Shown here: positions 45,644-55,676 of the stretch, one piece after another
How positions within the stretch are numbered: the first letter of the stretch is position 1
Layout of the letters: every line of letters starts with the position of its first letter
NCBI GenBank assembly: GCA_964430705.1
Contig: CAYSGJ010000217.1
Span: 218 to 64,217 of the forward strand
DNA length: 64,000 nt
Direction: 5' to 3'
Origin: an uncultured Desulfobacterales bacterium
Lineage (GTDB): Bacteria > Desulfobacterota > Desulfobacteria > Desulfobacterales > C00003060
Translations under genes and position numbers: made by a program
Notes under the pieces: generated by a model
Told to the model about the DNA's origin: nothing
Database searches by the model: none
What the model saw: only the letters and a program-made list of their open reading frames with translations

Positions 45644-47320
45644 TTATTGCCCGAATGTTTCCGTGGGATAGGTCCAGCTGGCAAATCCGCCTGTAAGGGT
45701 CTTCACATTGTCAAAGCCCTTCATGGCAAGAAGACGGTGTGCCACGTAAGAGCGCAGTCCCACCGCACAGTATAGGATGGTTTCCTTGTCGGGTTCCAGT
45801 TCGCCGATTCGATCCCGAAGATCATCAATGGCGATGTGCGTCGCGCCGGGAATGACCCCGAGTTTTTTGAGTTCCTCGGCTGTGCGCACATCCACTAGGG
45901 CGAAATCGTCGGTTTTTTCCATTTTCTTTTTGAGCTCTGCTGGTGTGATGGGGATCCAGTCGCCCGCGGAAAAGTTCTGACCAAGGGCTCCGACCACAAT
46001 AATGGGGTCTCTTGCGGAGGAATAAGGCGGCGCATAGGCAAGGTCGAGTTGAAGAAGGTCTTCCATGCTCATTTCGTTGTATATGGCCGTGGCCATCACG
46101 TCGATCCGCTTGTCCACCCCCTCTTTTCCAATCACCTGAGCTCCCAGAAGACGTCCGGTGCATCGGTCTGCGACGGTTTTAATGCGAACGGCTTTGGCGC
46201 CGGGGTAGTAGCCCGCGTGATGAGATTCAATGACATACGTGACCAGGGGAGAAAAGCCCTCGTCGACAGCCTCTTGTTCCGACAAGCCGGTCTTTGCGAC
46301 CGCCAAATCAAACACCTTTACGATAACCGTTCCGGTAAAACCCTTGATCTGGATGCGTCTTCCCATGGCGTTGGCTCCGGCGGCCCTTCCCTGCTTGTTG
46401 GCAGCCGATCCCATGGGAAACAAGGCGGGTTTGCCCGTAACAAGATGCAGACTTTCCACGCAGTCCCCCCCGGCATAGATGTCCGGGTCGCCGGTTTGCA
46501 TGAATGCATTTATGGCAATGCCTCCCGTGAGCCCGAGGGACAGGCCGGCTTCTTGGGCGAGCTTGGTGTTGGGCCGGATCCCTACGGACATGATGACAAG
46601 GTCAGCGGGAAGCTTACGGCCCTTATTGGTTTGTACCCATCCTTGGTTGTTTTCGTGTTCAATGGCCGTCACCTTTTCTGAAAGATACAGATCGACGCCT
46701 TTGAGTTGCAATTGCTCCTGAACAATATTTGCCATCTCCACATCCAAAAAAGAAAGCACCTGGGGCATAAATTCCACCACCGACACCTTGGTTCCTTTGT
46801 GAGCGAGGTTTTCCACCGCTTCCATGCCGATCAGACCGCCGCCGATCACCACTGCCGTCCGAGGTTGTTTGGTTTCAAGGTGCGCGAAGACCCGATCCGT
46901 GTCTTCCAAGGTCTTTAAAGTGAAGACGAACGGAAGGTCCGCCCCGGGGATTGGCGGGATGATGACCGAAGATCCGGTTGCCATCACCAGTTTGTCGTAG
47001 GTTTCTTCCGCGAGTTCACCTGTGGCAAGATTCCTGACAACCACGGCCTTTGCGCTTCGATCGATTTTGACGACTTCATGTCGGGTCCGAACGTCTACAT
47101 GGAAACGCTTTTTGAAAAACGAGGGGGTGGTAATCAGCAAGGCGTCTCTTTTGCCGATAATGCCTGAAAGATAGTAGGGAAGACCGCAGGTGGCGTAAGA
47201 GATCTCCGAGCCCTTTTCGAACAGGACGATTTCGGCGTCTTCATTACATCGTCTGGCCTTGGCGGCGGCCGATGCCCCGGCAGCCACCCCGCCGATGATG
47301 ACAAGTTTTGTTTTGTCCAT
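45644..47320 (-). CDS. CoA-disulfide reductase-family FAD oxidoreductase with C-terminal rhodanese domain
   Basis: GGVAAGASAA dinucleotide motif; redox Cys in SYATCGLPY; rhodanese loop LYCAVGLRS. Confidence 0.88.
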   Translation of the reverse strand: MDKTKLVIIGGVAAGASAAAKARRCNEDAEIVLFEKGSEISYATCGLPYYLSGIIGKRDALLITTPSFFKKRFHVDVRTRHEVVKIDRSAKAVVVRNLATGELAEETYDKLVMATGSSVIIPPIPGADLPFVFTLKTLEDTDRVFAHLETKQPRTAVVIGGGLIGMEAVENLAHKGTKVSVVEFMPQVLSFLDVEMANIVQEQLQLKGVDLYLSEKVTAIEHENNQGWVQTNKGRKLPADLVIMSVGIRPNTKLAQEAGLSLGLTGGIAINAFMQTGDPDIYAGGDCVESLHLVTGKPALFPMGSAANKQGRAAGANAMGRRIQIKGFTGTVIVKVFDLAVAKTGLSEQEAVDEGFSPLVTYVIESHHAGYYPGAKAVRIKTVADRCTGRLLGAQVIGKEGVDKRIDVMATAIYNEMSMEDLLQLDLAYAPPYSSARDPIIVVGALGQNFSAGDWIPITPAELKKKMEKTDDFALVDVRTAEELKKLGVIPGATHIAIDDLRDRIGELEPDKETILYCAVGLRSYVAHRLLAMKGFDNVKTLTGGFASWTYPTETFGQ

Positions 47321-47441
47321 GGTGACCCTCTTTTTCTACTCCGGGCTGTTGGTGGGGTTGTTAGCTGATTGTAAGAACGATGTTGCCAACATACATCAAA
47401 AAAACGGATCGAACCACCAGGTTTTGAGAAACCAAAGACGG

Positions 47442-47981
47442 TTATAAGCCCGCAATGCGGTTGCCAAGGGCCTTTTCAAAGGCGTGGAGGGCTTTTTCGC
47501 TAAACAGCACAAAACGAACCAACGTGATTTCGGAATGGACTTCAAGAAAGTCCATCACGGTGCCCAGGGCCACAGGTGCCGCCTGGTCCAGCGGATATCC
47601 ATACGCCCCGGTGCTGATGGATGGAAAGGCTACCGAGTGGATCCCGTTGGCCAACGCCACTTCCAGGCTGCGCCGATAGGCGCTTTCGAGAAGACGTTTG
47701 GATTGTTGGGGATCGCGATACACCGGGCCCACCGCATGAATCACGTACCGGGCCTTGAGGTTGTAGCCTTTGGTCAGGACCGCATTGCCGGTCTCGCACC
47801 CGCCAAAGGTCTTACACTCGGCCGGCAATCGGGGCCCTGCCGCCCTGTGGATGGCGCCGTCCACCCCGCCTCCGCCCAGAAGGCTTTTATTGGCTGCGTT
47901 GACAATGGCGTCAGTGTCTTGTTGCGTAATGTCTCCGTGGATCAATTCCAGGACGGATGTCCCCACATTGATCTTCATCAC
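47442..47981 (-). CDS. macro domain protein (O-acetyl-ADP-ribose deacetylase type)
   Basis: GDITQQDTDAIVNAAN...GGGGVDGAIHRAAG. Confidence 0.9.
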   Translation of the reverse strand: MMKINVGTSVLELIHGDITQQDTDAIVNAANKSLLGGGGVDGAIHRAAGPRLPAECKTFGGCETGNAVLTKGYNLKARYVIHAVGPVYRDPQQSKRLLESAYRRSLEVALANGIHSVAFPSISTGAYGYPLDQAAPVALGTVMDFLEVHSEITLVRFVLFSEKALHAFEKALGNRIAGL

Positions 47982-48068
47982 GGCGCCTCCTCACTATCGA
48001 AACGCACGTCGGCTGTTATTTTTACCCAAAACGGCTTTGAGCAAAAACGGGTAAATTCTTTTTGGCCG

Positions 48069-48566
48069 TCATAAGGGATTATCCTGATCCAACCAATCGT
48101 ATATTTTCTGCGGCTTTTTCCCCTTGAATCTTTTCAACAGCGCTTTGTACTCCTCCATTTTCGGCGGTTCCTGCCGTTTCAGGGTGCCGATAACCAGGGG
48201 TGCAAGCAGTGCCGCTATGAGATGTATCGTCTCGTGGCGCGGGACTTTCTTTTGTCTCATGGCATTGAAGAATTGGTAAACTTCAATGGGATATCTGGCC
48301 TCCAGTTGGTTTTCCACAATGACGTGAAAAGTGACGTGCAAGAACGGGTTCTCCTCTGAGTCCGGGTCAATTTCATGATCTCCCAACACATCTGCGAACT
48401 CAAACTGATTGTGATACTGATCCTTATGTTCCAACATGACCTGGCCGAGCCTTTTCTCTTCACCGTCCAGGGCATCCAGGTTCCCGTTTCTGGCCATCTC
48501 CCAAATCTGGTGGAGATGCTCCCTGTTCGACCGCTTCATTATTTTGTTCATTTCATGGGTCATCAA
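48069..48566 (-). CDS. DUF1841 family protein
   Basis: NPFLHVTFHVIVENQL matches the DUF1841 core as I remember it. Confidence 0.6.
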   Translation of the reverse strand: MMTHEMNKIMKRSNREHLHQIWEMARNGNLDALDGEEKRLGQVMLEHKDQYHNQFEFADVLGDHEIDPDSEENPFLHVTFHVIVENQLEARYPIEVYQFFNAMRQKKVPRHETIHLIAALLAPLVIGTLKRQEPPKMEEYKALLKRFKGKKPQKIYDWLDQDNPL

Positions 48567-48648
48567 GCGGTTCCCAATTCTGTCATGGCGTTAAACCCAG
48601 AATCACCTTTTTAAGTGACGCTTTGCCTTTCAAAAATCTATGAAACCC

Positions 48649-49614
48649 TTACCTGCGATATGGTTCTCCGGCTGCCACGCATTTCAGATATTTGGAGAAT
48701 AAAACAGGATTGCCCTCCTTCATTTGCCTTCGGACATCAATGAAATTGATCCCCTTGACAAATCTCAGGAGAGGCTCGTTGTCGCAGAGTATGATCCCTC
48801 TAAAAAATAGCTTGGCATTCAGCTCCGGTGATGGCTTTTTGAAAAGCGCCTTTCTCAAGCGGAGGTATTCATCTACGAATTCCTTTATTCCCTGGTTGAG
48901 TTTCAATTTCTTAGGTGGAAACAACCCCTGGATGCAAGCATGGCTTGGAAGCCATTCAACGGCCAGCGAATGATCCGGTTTGTGTTGTCTGAGCACCTCG
49001 TATTTCAGTTGCAGTAGCGCGCCATCTTTTATATGGTCCCAATCTATTGCACGAGCGTCGATCAGGCATGCTTCCAAATAGCACTGCCTGGCTACACCCG
49101 GCTCACCCCTCAGCATGTAGGCATCTCCGAGATAACCGTATATGGCGGCATCTTGGGGTCTCTCGGGAATGCAGCTCTGAAGGGCTTTGATGGCCAGATC
49201 ATATTTGCCTGCCTGAATGAAGACATAGCCCGTGGGAATGCGATCAGAGAGTAAGGGGGTATCGGTCATATTGCACTCGGCTATGACCTCCAGCGTCTTT
49301 TGAAAAAAAGAACTTCTTATCTCGGAGATAATGCCTTCCTGATCATACTCTGCTGATTGCCTCCAATTTTCAAACGAGTCCCAAAGGCCGCACAAATACG
49401 CAGGCACTTCCGAACGAGGCTCCGGGGCGTCTGCAAAGCCTTTCTCAAAAAATCCGGCAACCTGAAGCTCTGTGTCCACTTTGTTATCGCGATACAAAGC
49501 CTTGTAACGCGCAAAGGTCGCCTTGGCCTCCTCGATATTCAGCCGAGCGAGATCCAATAACCCACGGTTCAGCAAGGTCATCCTGTCTTCAAAAAGGAAC
49601 AGTTGTTCAGCCAT
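48649..49614 (-). CDS. hypothetical protein with TPR-like repeat
   Basis: ORF of about 321 aa. AAIYGYLGDAYMLRGEPGVARQCYLEA is TPR-like. ATG 49614 has a GAGG RBS; the track start is 49629. Confidence 0.6.
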   Translation of the reverse strand: MAEQLFLFEDRMTLLNRGLLDLARLNIEEAKATFARYKALYRDNKVDTELQVAGFFEKGFADAPEPRSEVPAYLCGLWDSFENWRQSAEYDQEGIISEIRSSFFQKTLEVIAECNMTDTPLLSDRIPTGYVFIQAGKYDLAIKALQSCIPERPQDAAIYGYLGDAYMLRGEPGVARQCYLEACLIDARAIDWDHIKDGALLQLKYEVLRQHKPDHSLAVEWLPSHACIQGLFPPKKLKLNQGIKEFVDEYLRLRKALFKKPSPELNAKLFFRGIILCDNEPLLRFVKGINFIDVRRQMKEGNPVLFSKYLKCVAAGEPYRR

Positions 49615-49949
49615 CGTACATGACCTCATTCCGTCTGATATGGGTCAACTTTCTGGAAAAAAACGCGACATACTCGAAACAGGTTATGTCTATCTTGGTG
49701 TATTCTGCGGTTCAAGAACTTTGTATCTAATTCGTCATTTCCTGAATTCTGGGATTGGTCCAGGCCCTTGCCGAGCATGACGCCGGCAATTTCGGAAAGC
49801 ACATATTGGTTCTTCGCTGTTTTTCCAACTAAGCCTATAACTAAACAAACTGACCCTTCAAGGTGTTACATATAAACATTTATATTTTTATTACAATATC
49901 GACTCTGAGTATCGGAAAAGCGTTTTTGAGGCATTCGAAGGACACGATT

Positions 49950-51086
49950 TCAAGCCTGTTCTTGAATCGGCGCAAATAATGTAACGACGCTTCCCACAAG
50001 GGAAACAAGACCTGCAAAGACGAAGGTGTTGGCAAGCCCGATCATGTCTGCAAGCCCTCCGGAAAGCATGCTTCCAAGAATGAAGCCGCCGTCGATCGCC
50101 ATGGTTAACAGGCTCATCATGCCCGACTTTTGTTCGAAAGAACCCTGTGCCGCCCCCATGGCGTTTAACGCCGGGAAAAGATATCCCAATCCTGAGCCGT
50201 AAAGCAGGATGGAAAGCCAATAAAAAAGCGGAGAATGCAATCTGTAAACGAGTATGATGCCGAGACCAAACAACACAAAACAAAGCCGTGTCACAAACAG
50301 CTTGCTGTATCGGTCGAGAATACCGCCGCCCAAGAGCCTAATTGCTATGGCCAAACCCAGGGATAGGCCCAGAAACAGGCCGCCGCTGATTCCCTTGGTC
50401 TCGGCGTACAAGGGAAAGTAGTTCAGCATGGTGGCCTGTGCACTCACAAAAAGAAGCATAGCCAGCAATATGTAGAAAAAGGAACGGTTTGCCAGCATCT
50501 TTGAATAACGAATACCATGCTCTGTGATTGCCGAGATTCTTTCCCATTTTTTCGTACAGACAAGGATGCTGAAGCCCAGGAACGTGGTAGCCGCCCCGCC
50601 ATGGAAGATCGCCGGATGCCCAAATCCATCCATGAGGCGTTCGCCGGCCAGCGGTACGAAACCCAGGGCTGCAAGCATGGTTGCTCCGTTATGACTGAAG
50701 GCCCGGCCCCGGGTCTCGGAGGGGATGAATTTGGCGATGGTTGAAAAGGCCGCGGCGATAAAGCCGGAAAATCCTATGCCGTGGACAATTCGGAGGGCAT
50801 AAATTGCGGGCAGGTTTTCAGGTCCTACATGATAGAGCAGGGAACAAAAGCCTATCAGAAAAAGGCCGGAAACAAGCACCGGTTTTTCCCCGACGCGATC
50901 AATGGTTTTTCCGGCAAAAGGCCTTGCCAGCAAGGACGCGACCGAAAACGTTCCCATGATCAAGCCGATGGCGGTTTTTGAAATGTCTACGCCGGACAAA
51001 TAGACGGGATATAAAAAGAAGAAGGCAACGTTGGAAAAAACGAGGAAGGTCAGGATGTTGATGATGCTCATTTTGGGGGTTTGCAT
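49950..51086 (-). CDS. MFS transporter
   Basis: 378 aa with about 12 hydrophobic segments and the MFS loop motif (GKTIDRVGEKP). Confidence 0.85.
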   Translation of the reverse strand: MQTPKMSIINILTFLVFSNVAFFFLYPVYLSGVDISKTAIGLIMGTFSVASLLARPFAGKTIDRVGEKPVLVSGLFLIGFCSLLYHVGPENLPAIYALRIVHGIGFSGFIAAAFSTIAKFIPSETRGRAFSHNGATMLAALGFVPLAGERLMDGFGHPAIFHGGAATTFLGFSILVCTKKWERISAITEHGIRYSKMLANRSFFYILLAMLLFVSAQATMLNYFPLYAETKGISGGLFLGLSLGLAIAIRLLGGGILDRYSKLFVTRLCFVLFGLGIILVYRLHSPLFYWLSILLYGSGLGYLFPALNAMGAAQGSFEQKSGMMSLLTMAIDGGFILGSMLSGGLADMIGLANTFVFAGLVSLVGSVVTLFAPIQEQA

Positions 51087-51195
51087 GATTACTTGCGCCC
51101 CTTCTCGTGGGGAGACGCTGCGCCGTCAAAAATTTTCGGGACTGCGCCCGTTTTTGACGGGCCGGTTTGGGGGCGGCGTTGCGGGAACATTGCGG

Positions 51196-51699
51196 TTACG
51201 CCTCATAGCGATCAAAGAACATCACATCTTCCAAGGACTTTTTCTTGATCTCCGGCTCTTCGTCTGAATAACCTGCGGCTGTTAGAGATATGAGGGCATA
51301 GGTTTTCGGGACATTCAAAAGCTTTCTTACATCCTCCACGTAGGGTTTCTTATGGCCCGCGACCCAACAACTGGCGATGCCGTGAGCGCTGCATGCCAGC
51401 AGAATGTTCATGGTGGCGGCGCATCCGTCTTCCAACAGGTATTTAGCGTCAGCCTTGCAAAATACGGCAAAGCATACCGGAGCGTCTTTGATGAATTTTC
51501 CATATGGCGCCAATTCGCTGATTTGTCTTCTCAGATCCGCCCGGGTCACGGCGCCGAACATCCACGGCTGCACGTTTCTGGCCGTGGGCGCCAAGCGGGC
51601 ACAATCCAGGATGTCGCGGACAATGTCTTCGGAGACAGGTTTGGCTTGAAACTTGCGGATACTGCGCCTTGCCTTGATGACTCTGGTCATATCGTTCAT
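51196..51699 (-). CDS. nitroreductase family protein
   Basis: RRSIRKFQAKPV...APTARNVQPW. Confidence 0.88.
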   Translation of the reverse strand: MNDMTRVIKARRSIRKFQAKPVSEDIVRDILDCARLAPTARNVQPWMFGAVTRADLRRQISELAPYGKFIKDAPVCFAVFCKADAKYLLEDGCAATMNILLACSAHGIASCWVAGHKKPYVEDVRKLLNVPKTYALISLTAAGYSDEEPEIKKKSLEDVMFFDRYEA

Positions 51700-51834
51700 A
51701 ACACGCCTTCCATCGGGAATATCCGGCGGCAATCCGCGCCAAGGTCGATGGCGCGCCGGGCAATGTTTGGTTTTTGGCTTTCGCCGAAAGACTTGGACGG
51801 CCTTGGCGAAAGCAGGCGCGGGATTTCCCGCGGT

Positions 51835-52176
51835 TCAGTAATTCAATTTGTCTTTCTCGTTTTTATGAAAAACATCGAAAAAGACCACGCTATGATCGGG
51901 GATATGCTCGCAATCATCACAACGTTCCGACAGGCGCCGGTTGAATTTTCGGCACAGTTCGCAATAGTAGTAGATCAGCCGGTATTCGCGGCGGCCCACA
52001 TATTTTTTGAACTTGCCGCGATGGGGACCGCGCATCTGGCCGTCAGCCACATCCGGGTTGGCCAGGATTCGATCCATGGTCTTGCGAATGCGTTCATGCC
52101 CACCGGGGTTGCTTTCCCGGATCTTGTCCAATCTCAGTTCGAAATGCGCTGTTGCCTGGTATAGATATGCCGCCAT
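51835..52176 (-). CDS. RelE/ParE-superfamily toxin-like protein with CxxC...CxxC insertion
   Basis: ILANP...GKFKKYVGRREYRLIYYY...VVFFDVFHKNE follows the RelE/ParE layout, and CELCRK-x9-CDDCEH is inserted before the last strand. The start codon is uncertain because SD spacing to ATG 52176 is short. Confidence 0.6.
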   Translation of the reverse strand: MAAYLYQATAHFELRLDKIRESNPGGHERIRKTMDRILANPDVADGQMRGPHRGKFKKYVGRREYRLIYYYCELCRKFNRRLSERCDDCEHIPDHSVVFFDVFHKNEKDKLNY

Positions 52177-52239
52177 GTCCTCTTGTCCGATTCGGGCGAT
52201 CTTTTCCACACGACCCTGGTTACCTCGTTGTCTTGGTTC

Positions 52240-52268
52240 AAGATAGGAGGACGATCCGAGCTTGTCAA
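52240..52268 (-). promoter_or_regulatory. sigma-70-like promoter for the RelE-like gene
   Basis: On the minus strand: TTGACA, 17 nt spacer, TATCTT. Confidence 0.35.
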
Positions 52269-52409
52269 CTCGTCCGAAGGCGCAACCCCGCCCTTTTTTC
52301 CCTTGACCAATGGTGACAATCCTGAATAATGGGTCATTATTTTGAACGCACAGGGCCGGATTGTGTCCAGGGTGCAGGCGGTATTGCAGAAACCGCACGG
52401 AGGATAAGG

Positions 52410-53021
52410 ATGAAAAACAAAGGCGTTATTACGGGCTTGCTGGCGATCTTTGTGGTTGCGGGCGTCCAATGGGCTTTGGCCGGGGAGAAAAAGATGACGA
52501 AAAACGGGAACCCGAAGGTGGTTGTGGAAACCTCGGAAGGCAAGATTACGCTGGAACTCTGGGCGGATAAGGCCCCGGTGACTGTCGAGAACTTCCTTCG
52601 CTATACGGACGAGAAGTTCTACGATGGGACTATATTTCACCGGGTCATCGACAATTTCATGATTCAAGGCGGCGGGATGACGGCTGACATGCAGCCGAAG
52701 ACGACCCACGGACCCATCAAAAATGAGGCGTCTGCAAAGCTGAAGAATGACCGGGGTGCGATCGCCATGGCACGGACCCAGGTCGTGGACAGCGCCACGT
52801 CCCAGTTCTTCATTAACGTGAACGACAACGATTTCCTCAACCATCGGGATGAAACCCCCGGGGGGTTTGGCTATGCGGTGTTCGGTACGGTCGTCGAGGG
52901 GATGGACGTGGTCGATCGGATCAAGCAGGTCAAAACCATCACGGCCGGTCCGCACAGGGATGTTCCGGCGACACCGGTGATGATCAAGAGCGTGCGTCGC
53001 TTAGACGACGAAAAGCCGTAA
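52410..53021 (+). CDS. ppiA: peptidyl-prolyl cis-trans isomerase, cyclophilin type (secreted)
   Basis: [14 protein letters not shown] with a signal peptide. GGAGGA RBS precedes ATG 52410. Confidence 0.92.
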   Translation: MKNKGVITGLLAIFVVAGVQWALAGEKKMTKNGNPKVVVETSEGKITLELWADKAPVTVENFLRYTDEKFYDGTIFHRVIDNFMIQGGGMTADMQPKTTHGPIKNEASAKLKNDRGAIAMARTQVVDSATSQFFINVNDNDFLNHRDETPGGFGYAVFGTVVEGMDVVDRIKQVKTITAGPHRDVPATPVMIKSVRRLDDEKP

Positions 53022-53089
53022 CGGCAGACCATGTGTCGGGCTGCCTTCCCTGATGTGGGATGTATGGTTTTTGCGCAATAATTCGCGAT

Positions 53090-54475
53090 TCAGAACTCAA
53101 TATTCTTTGGTGTTCTGGGAAACGGAATAACATCCCTGATATTGTTGATCCCGGTAAAAAACATCAACAGGCGTTCAAAGCCCAGACCAAAACCACTGTG
53201 GGGAACGCTGCCGAACTTTCTGGAGTCAAGGTACCACCAGTAGTCGGTCAGGGGCAGATCCATCTCCTTCATGCGTTGTTCAAGCACCGCGAGGCGTTCT
53301 TCCCGTTGGCTCCCGCCGATGATTTCACCTATGCGTGGTACGAGGATATCCATGGCGGCAACCGTGAGCCCGTCATCGTTCATCCGCATATAAAATGGTT
53401 TGATTTCTTTGGGATAATTGCTCACGATAACAGGTTTTTTGAAATATTTTTCCGTGATATAGCGCTCATGTTCCGATTGCAGGTCTTTGCCGAACGCCAC
53501 CTCGTACTCAAAGGGCTGTTTTGATTTTTTCAGAATGTCGATGGCTTCTTCGTAACGGATCCTCTCGAAATCAGAAGTGATAAGATTATCGATGGTTTTT
53601 GACAGTTCCTTGTCAACAAATTTGGCAAAAAGGGCGATGTCTTCTGCGCAATTTTCACGAACCACGCCGGCCAGGTATTTGAGCATCTCCTCGGCCAGGT
53701 CCATATCCCCTTCGAGATCACAAAACGCCATTTCCGGTTCGATCATCCAGAATTCCGCTACATGCCTGGATGTATTGGAATTTTCCGCGCGAAATGTGGG
53801 CCCGAAAGTGTAGACATCACCCAGTGCAAGGGCGAACATCTCTGCGGATAACTGCCCGGATACGGTCAAGCCGGCCTCTTTGCCGAAAAAATCCTCGGTA
53901 TAATCCGCCTTTCCGTCAAGGCTGGGAATATTTTCCAAATCCAGCGTTGTGACTTGAAAGAGTTCTCCTGCGCCTTCACAGTCAGAAGCCGTCAGAATCG
54001 GCGTATGAATGTACCGGAACCCTCTGTCATGAAAAAACCGGTGGATAGCATATGAAAGCTCGGATCTGATCCTGAACACCGCGCTGTACTTGTTTGTTCT
54101 TGGCCGCAGGTGCGCAATGGTCCTGAGGAACTCATCGCTATGACGTTTTTTCTGAAGAGGATAGTCCTCGGGGGCAATGCTGATTGCCTCGATATGTGTT
54201 GCGTGAATTTCCCATTTCTGGCCGGCCCCGGGTGATGGCGCCAGGCGTCCAAAAACCGCCACGGCAGAACCTGTCGTTAGCCGACCAATGTCATCATAAT
54301 TGTCCAGGGAACTGTCGGCGATAATCTGCATGTTTTTCAGGCAGGAACCGTCATTGAGTTCAACGAACGAAAAGTCCTTTGCGCTTCGTTTTGTCCTGAC
54401 CCATCCCTTGACAAGAACCTCGTCCATCGGCATATCCGATTTCAAAAGCTTGTCGATCTTAAACCGTTTGGTCAT
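53090..54475 (-). CDS. asnS: asparagine--tRNA ligase
   Basis: Class IIb OB-fold N-domain, class II motifs, and the characteristic C-terminus FPRTPKNIEF. Confidence 0.92.
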   Translation of the reverse strand: MTKRFKIDKLLKSDMPMDEVLVKGWVRTKRSAKDFSFVELNDGSCLKNMQIIADSSLDNYDDIGRLTTGSAVAVFGRLAPSPGAGQKWEIHATHIEAISIAPEDYPLQKKRHSDEFLRTIAHLRPRTNKYSAVFRIRSELSYAIHRFFHDRGFRYIHTPILTASDCEGAGELFQVTTLDLENIPSLDGKADYTEDFFGKEAGLTVSGQLSAEMFALALGDVYTFGPTFRAENSNTSRHVAEFWMIEPEMAFCDLEGDMDLAEEMLKYLAGVVRENCAEDIALFAKFVDKELSKTIDNLITSDFERIRYEEAIDILKKSKQPFEYEVAFGKDLQSEHERYITEKYFKKPVIVSNYPKEIKPFYMRMNDDGLTVAAMDILVPRIGEIIGGSQREERLAVLEQRMKEMDLPLTDYWWYLDSRKFGSVPHSGFGLGFERLLMFFTGINNIRDVIPFPRTPKNIEF

Positions 54476-54483
54476 GTATCACC

Positions 54484-55617
54484 TCATTCCAGGACGTGGA
54501 TGTTTTTCTTTTTGCATATATCCTTAAGGATTTTGGGCCACACCGAGACGGTCACCTCTCCAATATGAGCGGTCCGCAAAAGATACATGAAGGTGCGGGC
54601 TTGTCCGATGCCGCCGCCGATGCTCAGCGGGATTTCGTCGTTGAGAATGGCCTGGTGGTAGGGGAGCTTGAGAAAATCTTCCTGTCCCGCCTCCTTCAAC
54701 TGAATTTTCAGGGTTTCCTTTGTGACCCGTATTCCCATGGAGGTCAGTTCGTGGCGTCGTTGCGTGACCGGGTTCCACACCAGAATATCTCCATTGATGC
54801 CGTGATACTGCTCGCCGTTTTTTACAATGGTTTTCGTAACCCAGTCGTCATAGTCCGCAGCGCGCATCTCATGAGGATATCCGTCTTTTAAGGGCTGGCC
54901 GATGCCTATGATAAAGATCGCCGGGGCTTTGTCTTGAATGATCGTCGTCTCCCGGTCTTTTCGCGGCAGGTCCGGGTAAAAATCAAGAATTTCTTCGGCA
55001 TGAAAAAATGCAAGCTCTTCCGGGAAGTCGGGATACTTATCCGTCTGGAGAGCGGGAAACCGTTCTTGTGCCATTTTTCCCGCATCCCGGATCACCTTCC
55101 AGATCTTTTTAACGACGTCTTTTAGAAAATCAAGATTGCGGTCTTTTTCCGTGATAACCCGTTCCCAATCCCATTGATCCACATATGCGCTGTGGTCGTG
55201 GTCCAGAAAGTAATCTTTGCGCACAGCTCTCATGTCGGTGCAGATACCTTCTCCGGTCTTGCAGCCAAACTGCTTAAGGGCCATGCGCTTCCATTTCGTG
55301 GCTGCCTGTACCACCTGGGCGTCGATAGGGGGATCAAGGCCAAGGCCGCAGCGAAAATCCACCGGTGTTCGCGAGCCGTCGCGATCAAGATAGTCGTTCA
55401 TGCCGCTGTTCCTATCCACGATCAAGGGAACCTGCACCATTTGCAGGTTCAGCTCCTTGCACAGGTTTTCTTCAATATAATTTTTCACGGCAAACACCGC
55501 TTTCATCCTTTCCATGGGAGCAAGAAGCGCCTCATAGTCATTGGGCAGGGTCGTTTCCAGTTCATCATAACTGCCGATTCCAGGTCCTGCTAGATCCGCC
55601 TTTTTTCTGTCTGACAT
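54484..55617 (-). CDS. asnA: aspartate--ammonia ligase (asparagine synthetase A)
   Basis: YVDQWDWERV, NGDILVWNP, SMGIRV and IGGGIGQ align with E. coli AsnA from memory. Start at ATG 55617 after AAGGAG. The longer track ORF is an upstream out-of-context extension. Confidence 0.9.
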   Translation of the reverse strand: MSDRKKADLAGPGIGSYDELETTLPNDYEALLAPMERMKAVFAVKNYIEENLCKELNLQMVQVPLIVDRNSGMNDYLDRDGSRTPVDFRCGLGLDPPIDAQVVQAATKWKRMALKQFGCKTGEGICTDMRAVRKDYFLDHDHSAYVDQWDWERVITEKDRNLDFLKDVVKKIWKVIRDAGKMAQERFPALQTDKYPDFPEELAFFHAEEILDFYPDLPRKDRETTIIQDKAPAIFIIGIGQPLKDGYPHEMRAADYDDWVTKTIVKNGEQYHGINGDILVWNPVTQRRHELTSMGIRVTKETLKIQLKEAGQEDFLKLPYHQAILNDEIPLSIGGGIGQARTFMYLLRTAHIGEVTVSVWPKILKDICKKKNIHVLE

Positions 55618-55676
55618 CAAATTCTCCTTCCACGCATGGTATTGTTTGCCCTGTCTCGGGCGGTTGCGGTTTTTGG

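Noticed and set aside
49626-49802. 50-58-codon minus-strand ORF whose TGA overlaps the first ATG of the TPR-like gene (ATGA coupling)
   Set aside because: It has no RBS at either candidate start and no recognisable motif. The downstream gene more probably starts at ATG 49614, which has its own GAGG RBS, and that removes the coupling argument.
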